Made by a program: the position numbers and the translations under genes. 64,000 bases of DNA, from the NCBI GenBank assembly GCA_963663405.2, contig CAXXSM010000132.1, positions 32,001-96,000 of the forward strand, in the 5' to 3' direction. Below are positions 10,200 through 20,515 of the stretch, piece by piece (position 1 is the first letter of the stretch; each line of letters opens with the position of its first letter). The DNA comes from a bacterium (lineage in GTDB: Bacteria > Hinthialibacterota > Hinthialibacteria > Hinthialibacterales > Hinthialibacteraceae). The notes below the pieces were generated by a model. That model was not told the origin of the DNA. It made no database searches and saw only the letters and a list, made by a program, of their open reading frames with translations.

Positions 10200-13100
10200 A
10201 TGGAAACGAAAATGATTAAGACGAAACCTTTCCTATACGCCCGCGCCACCTGGATCGTAGCCTGGTTTGCGTTCGCAATCTGTTTCATGGGATACTCGAA
10301 CGCATGCGCCAAAGACCTAGGTGAAGAGATCTGGAACGCGTTTTTTAAAACAGGGAATATCGACAACGCGCTGGCCGCGTTTAAAGAAGCTGCCGCAGAG
10401 GATGAATCCGACGCGTTGGCCCACGCTGGAATCGGTCTTCTCGCGTCCAGCCGTGTTTCTGAATCCGATCGATTTGTCCATCTGCTCGACGCCTTGGAAG
10501 CGGGACTGTCGAAGTCCGAAGCGGCGTTCTACCTCTACGAAGCGGCGGATGCCTTATCCGATCGTCCGGATTTTGAAACGGCGCTTGAACGCCTGGATAC
10601 AATCCTAAAGGACAATAACCCCGCCGAACATATCCACGACGCCATTCTCTTTGTCCGCGCGCGGTGTCTCCAGCGCCTGAGCCGGTGGGAAGAGGCGGAA
10701 AAGGCGTTCTCTCAACTTGGATTTATCACCCGTTTCTGGTATTGCGGCCCCTTTGACAACGCCGAAAAAAGCGGTCACAAAAAAATATTCGAACCCGAAA
10801 AAAAACTCGATCTTCAAGCGAAATACAAGGGGCGGCGCCAGACCGTCACGTGGCGTCCAGTCCCGATCGATCCCTATAACGGCTACATCGAGTTACACGC
10901 CCTTGTAACTCCGAGTCTCGAATCCACAACCTATTTAGCGGCGTCGATCCAATCAAAGGAATCACAGCGGTGCAGAATCCAACTCGGTCACGCCGGCGCG
11001 TTGAAAGTGTGGTTGAATGGCGATTGGATCGCCGATGTGGATCGCTATCATGAACCGGTTCCCGATCAAGTGATTCTAGATGCCCGCCTGCAAGAAGGAA
11101 ACAACACACTCTTAATCAAAATCTCGGCCGATGAAGGAGGAAAATACGGTCTTTTTACCCGTATCCTGCCAGATAAAGAAGGGACAATCGAAATCGTCGA
11201 TCCCCGCGCCATTGAATCCCTTCCCGATCTGACCGCCCACACGCCAAAGCCGGATCAAACCGAAACATCCAATCCCGATTTCGAACCCATCCCCCTCCGT
11301 CAACTGCGGGCGCTGGGAGAAGCGCCCGGCTCGAAACCGGTCCTGCATCTCTTTTATACGCTCTTGCTCCAGCGTATGGAGGTTGCGGATGATAACGACC
11401 ACAGCGCGAACACGATGCTGTCACAACTCAACCGCATGCTTCCTGATAATCCATTTCTTCTGCGTTTGCTTGGGGAGTCGGAAAAAGACGATAACCGCCG
11501 GCGCCTCGCGTTTGCCAAGGCTCTTGAGAAAGATCCTAACGATCTCGCCAGTTTCGTTCATCTGTTAACCTACTATCAACATTCTCCCTACGCCACTAAA
11601 GGATTTGAATTAATTCGTGAATGGGAGAAGAACAACGAGACGCCTGTCTCCGTCCGGATGCAGGAAGCCCAGATGCTGAAAGATGAAGGATTGAGTGAGG
11701 CGGCGATCCAGATCCTCCATGCGCGGTTGGATGATCTGAGCATGGACGAAAAAAAGTTCCTTCATGAAAGCCAACAATCGTTCATGACGGACCAGGAGAA
11801 AATGAAATGGCTTCGCGAAGCGTTGAAAGAGGAGCCTTATCAATCATCACTAGTCTATCATTTAATCGAGTTAGACCTCCGACACGGTCTGGATGAAGAA
11901 CTGCCATCGTTACTCGAACACGAGCGGCGGATCGATCCATTTTCAAACGCCGGCTTATACCAGTCCGCGCTGAACCATTTAGGAAAAGGCGATTATCAAA
12001 CCGCCCTGCAGTATTTAAATAAAATTCTCGCCATGAATCCAAGCGAGTTCGAAGCGCGCCGCAACGCCGCAATCGCATATCACGGTTTAGGAAACGATGC
12101 GGAGGCGGTCGCGTCAATTCAAGCCGCGTTGACTGTCCAGCCGTCCCATCCCTGGTGCCAGGATTACTTGGAGTTTTTACAGCCGAAAGAAGAGAACTAC
12201 GCGGCGCCGTATTTAAAAGATTGGCGGGAAATTGAAATTCCCGAAACACTCGATCTTTCGAAAGCCAACTATGTGACGCTGCTCGATCAGAGAATCGTGA
12301 AAGCGCACAAAAACGGCAATTCGAGCGAAACTGTCCAGACGGTCTGCAAAGTGCTGACGGATACCGGCGTCCGTTTCAAGCAAGTGGATGGTGTCTATTA
12401 CGAAGGCGATTCGGAAGAAGTGCGCATCCTCCGCGCGCGGGTATGGAAACCCGATGGCTCCTACTTTGACGCTCCCGCGCCAGAACACCGCAACGCGTCT
12501 TCCGGTGGCGGCGGCTCTGAACGGGTATATGAAGACTATAATGTCGCAATCATACGTTTCCCCGCCCTCGAAAAAGGATCGGTCGTAGAATTGGCGTATG
12601 AGAAAAAACAGAAAAAAGAGAATATTTACGCGGACTATTTTGGCGACCAGTTTTACGCGGGCGACCAATATTTCGAACCATCCGTCCTCTCCGAATATGT
12701 CTTGATCACACCTAAATCCCGCGATTTTTACTGGAAGTTCATCGAAGCTAATTATCCCGAATCCGTGTCCATGGACCATGTCTCGATCCCTCAAGAACCC
12801 ACAATCCATGAAACGGGGAATGAGCGCGTCTACTCGTGGACCTTCAGCCACCTGCCACGGCTTCCCCGCGAACCGCAAATGCCTCCTCCTTCGGAAACAC
12901 TGCCCTACTTGAAAGTTTCCACCTTCAAGACCTGGTCGGATATGACAAAATGGTATTGGAACCTGATCCGCGAGCAGATCCAACCGGGAACCGTCGTTAA
13001 ACAGCAACTCAAACGTGTTTTAACCGAGTATCGACTCAAACAGGGATACAGTGTGGAACATCCCTTAAGCGAGTGGGACATCGTGCAGGCGGTCAACGCT

Positions 13101-14135
13101 TTTATTAATACTGAAATCCGCTATCTCGGCCTCGAGTTCGGTATTTACGGATACAAACCCCGCAAAGTGGATGAAATCTGCAACGCCCGCTACGGCGATT
13201 GCAAAGACAAAGCGTCGCTGGCTGTTTCTATGTTGAACGAGGCCGGTGTAGACGCCAATATTGTGGTTCTTCGCACACGGAATCGGGGTGAGATCGATTA
13301 CGAACTTCCTATGCTGGGTATATTCAATCACGCCATCTATTTCGTTCCAGGCGTGGGTAGTGATGGACGTTGGATCGATGGCACAGCCACCTTCTTCAGC
13401 GCGAAAGAACTGCCCTCGATGGATGCGGGAGCGAACAGCTTGATTGTCAAACCGGGTGGGGAATATGAATTTAGACGCATCCCCCATACAGAAGCGAAAG
13501 ACAATGGTCTCATCACCACGTCGGAATTTACGCTGAATGAATCGGGCGCCGCAACGGGCTACCGGACGACGGACTACATCGGTTTATATAATCCCAATAT
13601 CCGCCGCACTCTCGAAAATCCGGCTAAAGCCAAAGAACTCATTGAGCAGACTCTAGTCAGTCACTATCCCGGCGCGGAGGTCCATCAATTCGATATTTCG
13701 GATATGGAAGATTATTCCATCCCTGTCACGCTTTCCAACCGGTTTCGTATTCCTCAATTCGGCGTGAAAGAAGCGGAACGGCTCGTGATTCCCTCTACGT
13801 TGTTCAAAGAAGAACTCTCCCTGACATACGCGCAGCTCTCGGAACGGGAATATGACATGATTCTGAATTTCCCCGAAATGCAAAAAAATATCACCACACT
13901 GACACTCCCCGCAACCTATACTCAAGTCAAAACGCCGCCCGACCGGGATCTCACCAGTCCATTTGGACACTATACGCGCAAATCCGAATGGAAAGACGGC
14001 CACGTCACAATTAATGAAGCTATCCTGTTCGAACCGGTCCGCGTTCCCAAAGATCAATACCAGGAATTCCGCGAATTCTGCCGACTCGTCGACCACTACC
14101 AAGATGAAAAAATCTACGCCAGTCCGGAATCATGA
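10200..14135 (+). CDS. Exported TPR + DUF3857 + transglutaminase-like protein (catalytic triad intact)
   Basis: Signal peptide, TPR helices, DUF3857-type GSVVELAY, core YGDCKDKA / FNHAI / WIDGT (Cys-His-Asp). Confidence 0.85.
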   Translation: METKMIKTKPFLYARATWIVAWFAFAICFMGYSNACAKDLGEEIWNAFFKTGNIDNALAAFKEAAAEDESDALAHAGIGLLASSRVSESDRFVHLLDALEAGLSKSEAAFYLYEAADALSDRPDFETALERLDTILKDNNPAEHIHDAILFVRARCLQRLSRWEEAEKAFSQLGFITRFWYCGPFDNAEKSGHKKIFEPEKKLDLQAKYKGRRQTVTWRPVPIDPYNGYIELHALVTPSLESTTYLAASIQSKESQRCRIQLGHAGALKVWLNGDWIADVDRYHEPVPDQVILDARLQEGNNTLLIKISADEGGKYGLFTRILPDKEGTIEIVDPRAIESLPDLTAHTPKPDQTETSNPDFEPIPLRQLRALGEAPGSKPVLHLFYTLLLQRMEVADDNDHSANTMLSQLNRMLPDNPFLLRLLGESEKDDNRRRLAFAKALEKDPNDLASFVHLLTYYQHSPYATKGFELIREWEKNNETPVSVRMQEAQMLKDEGLSEAAIQILHARLDDLSMDEKKFLHESQQSFMTDQEKMKWLREALKEEPYQSSLVYHLIELDLRHGLDEELPSLLEHERRIDPFSNAGLYQSALNHLGKGDYQTALQYLNKILAMNPSEFEARRNAAIAYHGLGNDAEAVASIQAALTVQPSHPWCQDYLEFLQPKEENYAAPYLKDWREIEIPETLDLSKANYVTLLDQRIVKAHKNGNSSETVQTVCKVLTDTGVRFKQVDGVYYEGDSEEVRILRARVWKPDGSYFDAPAPEHRNASSGGGGSERVYEDYNVAIIRFPALEKGSVVELAYEKKQKKENIYADYFGDQFYAGDQYFEPSVLSEYVLITPKSRDFYWKFIEANYPESVSMDHVSIPQEPTIHETGNERVYSWTFSHLPRLPREPQMPPPSETLPYLKVSTFKTWSDMTKWYWNLIREQIQPGTVVKQQLKRVLTEYRLKQGYSVEHPLSEWDIVQAVNAFINTEIRYLGLEFGIYGYKPRKVDEICNARYGDCKDKASLAVSMLNEAGVDANIVVLRTRNRGEIDYELPMLGIFNHAIYFVPGVGSDGRWIDGTATFFSAKELPSMDAGANSLIVKPGGEYEFRRIPHTEAKDNGLITTSEFTLNESGAATGYRTTDYIGLYNPNIRRTLENPAKAKELIEQTLVSHYPGAEVHQFDISDMEDYSIPVTLSNRFRIPQFGVKEAERLVIPSTLFKEELSLTYAQLSEREYDMILNFPEMQKNITTLTLPATYTQVKTPPDRDLTSPFGHYTRKSEWKDGHVTINEAILFEPVRVPKDQYQEFREFCRLVDHYQDEKIYASPES

Positions 14136-14165
14136 ATAGATAAACAAACTCAGAAGTAAAACAAA

Positions 14166-15482
14166 ATGAGCACAATTATAAATAACCAATATTTTTTGTT
14201 TGATCTTGATCTTCCACCAGTTCAAGAGAACAAGCGCCGTGCTCGAACAGGCGCATTTACGGATAATATGAAGCTTCCCATTCACCGGTGGTTTCGATAT
14301 TCCGCAGGATTCTCGGCGGAGTGGGTTGAGAAAATGTTGACAAGTGAGATGTTGCAAAATGAAACCGTATTTTTTGATCCATTTGCTGGATCCGGCACAT
14401 CTCTACTTGTCGTTGAAAAACTTGGATTGAAGGGATTTGGGCTCGAAACTCATCCCTTTGTGCTCCGAATCGCAAAAATAAAATTATCTTGGAACGCTAA
14501 CCAACATAAATTTCTAACCGCAATTTCAGACTTGATCGAAAAGGCGCAGAAGATTGAAAAGGATATCTCTCCAAGTGATGTTCCTCTTCTTTACAAGTGT
14601 TTTACACGAGACACATTTCAACGCCTTGAAGCGTTACGTTTGTCTTTCCAAGATTCATTTTCTCCTGGAGAGACTATAGCCGATTTAGTATGGTTAGCGC
14701 TCACAAGCATTTTGAGAGATTGTAGTGGAGTAGGAACGGCGCAATGGCAATATATTTTACCCAACAAAAGTAAAAGCCGGGTCCTAGAACCATTTTCCGC
14801 ATTGATGAACAAAGCCTATCTCATGGTTCATGATATGCAGTATGCAATGGATAACGGATTTCAAAAAACCGCGTTAATAATCAATGATGATGCCCGATTC
14901 ATTTCGACTGTTGATAATCAATCCATTGATATTGTGATCACTTCCCCTCCTTATCCGAATAATTACGATTATGCGGACGCAACCCGGTTGGAAATGACTT
15001 TTTGGCGCGATATCACGTCTTGGGGAGATATACATGAGGCCGTACGAAAGTATCTTATCCGTTCTTGTTCTCAACATTCGGCAAAGGACCGATTGTGTTT
15101 AGATGACTTGCTGGATGATCCTGCCATTGAACCGATTCGTGATGAATTGTCTGAAGTGTGTAAAACTCTTGAAACAATTCGGCATGAAAAAGGTGGGAAA
15201 AAAACGTATCATACAATGATCGCCGCGTATTTCATTGATCTGGCGCATACCTGGATTTCCTTAAGACGTCTTTGCAAGGATAATTCAAAACTCTGTTTTG
15301 TTATTGGGGATTCCGCTCCTTATGGTGTGTATATACCTGTAGATGAATGGTTAGGGAAATTAGCTCTGTCGGTTGGATTCAAACATTATAAATTTGAAAA
15401 AATCCGCGATCGAAACATTAAATGGAAAAATAGAAAACATAGAATTCCTTTGAAAGAGGGAAATCTGTGGGTGAGTGGATGA
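14166..15482 (+). CDS. DNA amino-methyltransferase, probably N4-cytosine, alpha motif order
   Basis: HRWFRYSAGFS, motif I FDPFAGSGT near the N terminus, catalytic TSPPY later; AT-richer than the flanks. Confidence 0.88.
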   Translation: MSTIINNQYFLFDLDLPPVQENKRRARTGAFTDNMKLPIHRWFRYSAGFSAEWVEKMLTSEMLQNETVFFDPFAGSGTSLLVVEKLGLKGFGLETHPFVLRIAKIKLSWNANQHKFLTAISDLIEKAQKIEKDISPSDVPLLYKCFTRDTFQRLEALRLSFQDSFSPGETIADLVWLALTSILRDCSGVGTAQWQYILPNKSKSRVLEPFSALMNKAYLMVHDMQYAMDNGFQKTALIINDDARFISTVDNQSIDIVITSPPYPNNYDYADATRLEMTFWRDITSWGDIHEAVRKYLIRSCSQHSAKDRLCLDDLLDDPAIEPIRDELSEVCKTLETIRHEKGGKKTYHTMIAAYFIDLAHTWISLRRLCKDNSKLCFVIGDSAPYGVYIPVDEWLGKLALSVGFKHYKFEKIRDRNIKWKNRKHRIPLKEGNLWVSG

Positions 15483-15485
15483 TCG

Positions 15486-16352
15486 ATGGCAGAATCATCG
15501 CCGCATAAGTTTGGCCAAATTATAGGAAATCTAATGGAAGAAATTACATTTCCTTTTTTAAGGGATTTTTGCCAACAACGTGGTCTATATTTAGATCGAC
15601 AAGGGTATCGAGGGAAAGCGCGTAATGGAAGGAAAGTGTGCTGGAAAGATCAATATGGTAATTCACACGATCTCGATTTTGTCATCGAGCAAGGAGGAAC
15701 CTCCGATAAGATAGGCCGTCCAATCGCCTTTATTGAAGTTGCTTGGAGACGTTATACCAAACACTCAAAAAATAAGGCTCAGGAAATTCAAGGCGCAGTA
15801 TTACCAATCGCTGAAACGTATCAATCTGATCGGCCTTTCTTGGGAGTGATTCTTGCGGGGGAGTTTACGCAACCTTCTTTAGAACAACTTCGCTCTGTAG
15901 GATTCGAGGTTTTATATTTTCCATACAAAACGATCACCAGCGCATTCTCTCATATAGGGATCAACGCCGAATTCAATGAGAGCACATTGGATAGTGAATT
16001 TACTGAATGTGTCAATGAGATTATACAATTATCATGCGCTGGAAGGACGAAAATAAAACAATTTCTGGTCAATCAAAATAAAGAAAATATTGAGAATTTC
16101 TTTTTTAAATTGGAGCAAACCCTCGACCGCCGGATTGACTCTATCATGATCGTTCCTCTTTATGGAGATGAACGTCAATTTCCTACAATACATGAAGCCC
16201 TTCATTTTCTGGAAACGTACGAGAAAAATCATGATGGGCAATTTCGCAAGTTTGAAATCCTAGTGAAATACACAAATGGAGATTCTATTAATGGGAATTT
16301 TCAAACAAAAAATAAAGCCAGAGAATTTCTTGATTATATCTTTCATTCGTAG
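15486..16352 (+). CDS. Putative type II restriction endonuclease (PD-(D/E)xK-like)
   Basis: Starts 3 nt after the methyltransferase stop; HDLDFVIE...AFIEVAWRRYTKH acidic/basic pattern; AT-rich. Confidence 0.65.
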   Translation: MAESSPHKFGQIIGNLMEEITFPFLRDFCQQRGLYLDRQGYRGKARNGRKVCWKDQYGNSHDLDFVIEQGGTSDKIGRPIAFIEVAWRRYTKHSKNKAQEIQGAVLPIAETYQSDRPFLGVILAGEFTQPSLEQLRSVGFEVLYFPYKTITSAFSHIGINAEFNESTLDSEFTECVNEIIQLSCAGRTKIKQFLVNQNKENIENFFFKLEQTLDRRIDSIMIVPLYGDERQFPTIHEALHFLETYEKNHDGQFRKFEILVKYTNGDSINGNFQTKNKAREFLDYIFHS

Positions 16353-16410
16353 AATGTATCGTTTCGTAATGATGCGCAAATTAACCAGTAATAATGAAGG
16401 ACATAAAACC

Positions 16411-19400
16411 ATGACTATACGTCTCTCAAAATCAATTTTTTTCTATAGCGTTTTTGTATTCACGGCGATGGGCTCTTTGGCGTTCGCGGATCTGGATAAG
16501 GGGTGGGACGCGTTGTTCGAAAATCATTATGAGGAGGCGCGAACGGCGTTTCAGGAGACTCTCCCAATTGATGAGGAACGCGCCCTGCAGGGATTGGCCC
16601 TGCTCGCCTGGGCCCAGGGAGACACTCCCGAACTCGCCCGGATTCTCTCCCGCTTGACCGTCTCCTATCCGGACAGTCCCTATACCCCATGTTACTTTGG
16701 CATCTGGGGATCCTCCGATCTGCAGGGGTGGGAACCGGCGAAACGGATCGACGCGTTGAAACAGGCGATGGAAAAAGAACTCCCAGCGCCTATCCGTCAA
16801 CGTCTCGCCTACCACCTCTCGGACATGCTGGCCATGATGCTCGATCCCTCATGCGGCGCCTATGCCAAGGAAGCCGGTGTGTTGACGAGTCAATGGTACA
16901 TCGTGGGCCCGTTCGGACAGTATGGCGCCGCGGATTTCTTCCGACCCTTCGGTCCGGAAACCGGTGTCCGGCGAACCTATTCCGGTTTTGGAAAAGAAGT
17001 GGAGCTTCACCCCGTCACACCTGTCAGCCCCACGGGGATTATTGAAATGGATGGTTTAATCTATCCCCAGACGGGTGTCTCCTACGCCTTGAACGTGATC
17101 GAAAGCCAGAGTGAAGGGGAAGCGGTTCTAACCGTTCATTCCTCGGCGGATTATCGTATCTGGTGGGATGGAAAGCCGGTGTTGGAACGAACCCACATGA
17201 AACTCCAAACCGCGAAAACTCTCTCTGTTCGCGTCCCTGTCCGAAAAGGCAAAATCCTTCTCACAGTGAAATGCCAACAGGATGATACTGGTTGGTTTAA
17301 GATCAAATTGCAAAATACAGCGGATTCAAACCTGAACATAACAAGCGTTCCCTTCGATCCGAGTGAATTCGCCGATCTCTATCACCAGCCTTTCGAGACG
17401 CTATCCCCTCTAGTGGAGTCCGCTGAGAAAATGGTGTCAACCTATCCGTTTGTTCTACCAGAGGCGGAATACGCGAACCAAGACATTATCAATGAAATCT
17501 TTTTAACCTGTTGGTACGCGAACCGGAACGAGTTTGACACAGCGAAGTCCCATTTACTAAACACCATAAAGAAAACCCCATCGTTTGCGTTCCTCCAAGC
17601 GATTTATGGTGACTTATCCCTACTCCACGCGTCCAATCGGCCCGGTTCACGTTCGCGTTTTCAACAAGAAGGAGAAACCGCCTTCAACCGGGCGTTGGAA
17701 TTGGATCCACACTGTAAAAAAGCGCTGGTCGGTTTGGTGACGTATTACCTCGAACGAAGACAGATCGACAGCGCCCGCGAAATCTTGAAAACACAGGAAG
17801 AAGAAAATCCGGAACTGTTCACGAAAGGCTATACGGGCCTTCTACAATACGCCCAGGCGCTCCTCTCCGAACATAAGGGATTCCGGACAGACGCCACACG
17901 CCAATTCGAAACTCTGTTGACTGGATGGATTCCTTCCAAAGAAGTCTACCGGCGTTTGTTTGACTATTACGAAAGCAACAACAATACGATCAAAGCCGCG
18001 CAAATCATCTCCCAGGCGTTGAATTACTTTCCCGCCTATCTCCCCTTCCTCGATCGCGCCAGCCGTCTCGACGCCGGTACACCCGGCGCGCCCGATGCGG
18101 TGGCGTGGCTGAAAAAAGCAGTGGCGCTGCATCCTTACGCCCCTCGGTATGTCTATGTTCTAGGGAACGCGCTGGAAAGGCGGGGACAGTTAGAGGACGC
18201 GAAAGCCCTTTACACCGATTTAAAAGACCGGTTCCCCGGTCAACCGCAGCCAATTGAACGGCTCGCCTCGCTGGCGCTGGCCCAATCGGACCAGGAAACC
18301 GCGATGGAAGCCTACCGCGCTTTGTACGAAACAACGCCGCGATGGATGACTCCATTTCGCGCCTTGCGGGACATCGCGGGAGAGAACGATTTTCCCTACC
18401 AGAAGTACGATTCTCAATTAGAAGATATTGAGATTGAGAAAGCGGATAAGTGGAATAATTCACGCGCCTCTTCCATCTTCCTGCTGGATATCATGGTGTT
18501 GGATTTACACGAAGACGGCACATATGACCAATACATCCATCAAGCGATTAAAATCCTTAACCAGGAAGGAATCCGGCAATGGGCGGAGATTGATATCCCC
18601 GCGGGTGGACATGTGGAATTGATCAAAGCCCGTACCATTGAACCGGATGGAACGGAATGGGCGGTTTCCAACGTGCAACGTCATAACGGACAGCAGTCAC
18701 TCTCCATGTACGGCGTCAAAGAAGGATCGATTGTTGAATTCGCGTACTTGGAGCGGACGGGCAATTCCAGTCCAGGAATCAACTATTATGCGGGAGGATA
18801 TTTTTTCGGTACGGATAACGATCCTATGGTTCTCTCGAAATTGACCCTCATCCGGCCCGATTCAATCGCCTTCCATCTGGACAGCAATCCCAACGATTTC
18901 GCGCCGAAGATCACTCGTGATAAAAACCGGACCGTCTACACATGGGAACAATGGATGCAGGATGGACTCAAACCCGAAGCCTTTGCGCCTCCCCTGTCGG
19001 AACGCGTCCCATCCATTCAATGGACTACTTGTCCGGATTGGTTGCCTTTTGTCGAACGGACGCGCATGTCCATAACAGAATATGAAGAAGAAACGCAGGC
19101 GATTGATGATTTGATTGCGGAATTGAAACAAGGCGTGGCGTCAAAACTCGATCTCGTTCGATCCATCTACGATTGGGTTCGCGAATCGATTGAAGACGGC
19201 GGAGGCGGCGCGACGACGGCGGATACGATCGCCCTGCAGGCGGGAGGGGAATATCAACGCATGCGTCTCGCGCATCAGCTGCTGCGGAAAGGTGGTGTTG
19301 AATCGCATCTCGCCGCCGCTTTGGAGAACAACGAATACGACGGTTTCCGCCCATTGCCCTTCCCGAATTACCCAGCCGAATCGTTATTGATTGCGCCGGT

Positions 19401-20199
19401 CCAAGAAGGAATCCCCAATCGGATCATCCTGAAATTTGAAAGCCGGTTCGCCCCAATGAACGATATTAATCCCCGTATGCGCAAAATGGTCGCGCTCGTA
19501 TTTGATGGCCCAGTTCCCTATTTTGAACCATTGGAACCTCGTTTATGGGAACGGGGACTAATCACCAAAGAGGCCCGTCTTGTCATGCGGGACGATCAAT
19601 CGGCGTCCATTGATGGATCGTATTCCTATAGCAATCAATATGACCAGCAAATCCGGGAAATATTAACCAATCCAGAGGTCGAGAAGCAGTTGATTGACAG
19701 GCAGATCGTCAATGATCTGCGTGGCATCCGGATCGAACAGAAATCGCTGGAAGATGTAGATGACCTTTCTAAACCACCGCGCATTGTCTTTTCCGGTGTT
19801 CTACCGGATATGGCGAAGACGGATGGGCCCAACCAGCTAAGAATTCCCGCTGTCTTGATCCCATCCAACGCCTCCGCGCTGGTCAATGAACCAACCCGCG
19901 AATTTCCAATTCAATTCTTATCCAGTCCGGTCAATGAACCACTTCGACTCCGGTTCGATCTGTCGTCGTATATAAAAGAAGGAGCCACAATTATCCTGCC
20001 ACCCAATACACTACTTCTGACTGAATATGGATACTATTCACTCTATTACGCTTGGGAAGGAACAGATGTCGTTGTCCAAAGATCATTCCTGATCCCTGGG
20101 CAAACGATCCTACCCGATCGATATAAAGGATTCGTAGAATTCTGCCGCACAATTGACCAGGATGAAAAGCGGGAAATCCGTATTTCCTTTCCTGGTTAA
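16411..20199 (+). CDS. Exported TPR + DUF3857 + transglutaminase-like paralog (catalytic Cys apparently absent)
   Basis: Signal peptide from ATG 16411 (AAGGA RBS); WYIVGPF matches WYCGPF of the upstream paralog; GSIVEFAY; C terminus YKGFVEFCRTID matches YQEFREFCRLVD; AGGEYQR replaces YGDCKD. Confidence 0.82.
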   Translation: MTIRLSKSIFFYSVFVFTAMGSLAFADLDKGWDALFENHYEEARTAFQETLPIDEERALQGLALLAWAQGDTPELARILSRLTVSYPDSPYTPCYFGIWGSSDLQGWEPAKRIDALKQAMEKELPAPIRQRLAYHLSDMLAMMLDPSCGAYAKEAGVLTSQWYIVGPFGQYGAADFFRPFGPETGVRRTYSGFGKEVELHPVTPVSPTGIIEMDGLIYPQTGVSYALNVIESQSEGEAVLTVHSSADYRIWWDGKPVLERTHMKLQTAKTLSVRVPVRKGKILLTVKCQQDDTGWFKIKLQNTADSNLNITSVPFDPSEFADLYHQPFETLSPLVESAEKMVSTYPFVLPEAEYANQDIINEIFLTCWYANRNEFDTAKSHLLNTIKKTPSFAFLQAIYGDLSLLHASNRPGSRSRFQQEGETAFNRALELDPHCKKALVGLVTYYLERRQIDSAREILKTQEEENPELFTKGYTGLLQYAQALLSEHKGFRTDATRQFETLLTGWIPSKEVYRRLFDYYESNNNTIKAAQIISQALNYFPAYLPFLDRASRLDAGTPGAPDAVAWLKKAVALHPYAPRYVYVLGNALERRGQLEDAKALYTDLKDRFPGQPQPIERLASLALAQSDQETAMEAYRALYETTPRWMTPFRALRDIAGENDFPYQKYDSQLEDIEIEKADKWNNSRASSIFLLDIMVLDLHEDGTYDQYIHQAIKILNQEGIRQWAEIDIPAGGHVELIKARTIEPDGTEWAVSNVQRHNGQQSLSMYGVKEGSIVEFAYLERTGNSSPGINYYAGGYFFGTDNDPMVLSKLTLIRPDSIAFHLDSNPNDFAPKITRDKNRTVYTWEQWMQDGLKPEAFAPPLSERVPSIQWTTCPDWLPFVERTRMSITEYEEETQAIDDLIAELKQGVASKLDLVRSIYDWVRESIEDGGGGATTADTIALQAGGEYQRMRLAHQLLRKGGVESHLAAALENNEYDGFRPLPFPNYPAESLLIAPVQEGIPNRIILKFESRFAPMNDINPRMRKMVALVFDGPVPYFEPLEPRLWERGLITKEARLVMRDDQSASIDGSYSYSNQYDQQIREILTNPEVEKQLIDRQIVNDLRGIRIEQKSLEDVDDLSKPPRIVFSGVLPDMAKTDGPNQLRIPAVLIPSNASALVNEPTREFPIQFLSSPVNEPLRLRFDLSSYIKEGATIILPPNTLLLTEYGYYSLYYAWEGTDVVVQRSFLIPGQTILPDRYKGFVEFCRTIDQDEKREIRISFPG

Positions 20200-20515
20200 T
20201 TCTATAACATTTTAAATTAAATAAAAAAATGTGATTAAAAAGATATAAATTGCATTATAATGATGAAATAGGAAAAGTCGAAAGTAAAAAATACAACCTC
20301 ATATAGATATGAGTGTTGAGAAACTTTCACTACATATGATATTCTGAGTTTTATTTTTATGGAACGGCGCATGATCTGGTTATAGGACCTTTGAAACCGT
20401 GTTTCTGATTCTTTTTAATTAAGAAAAATGCTATTTCCATTAAGATTGAGTTAGATCTTTTACACTGCATATAATACAGATAACCATGAACTGAGGAGGC
20501 AGTGAGAGCGGCCGT

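Noticed and set aside
12213-13007. 264-aa antisense ORF (and many similar shadow ORFs, e.g. 42167-42787, 58953-59558)
   Set aside because: Lie opposite well-supported genes and have no recognisable motifs.
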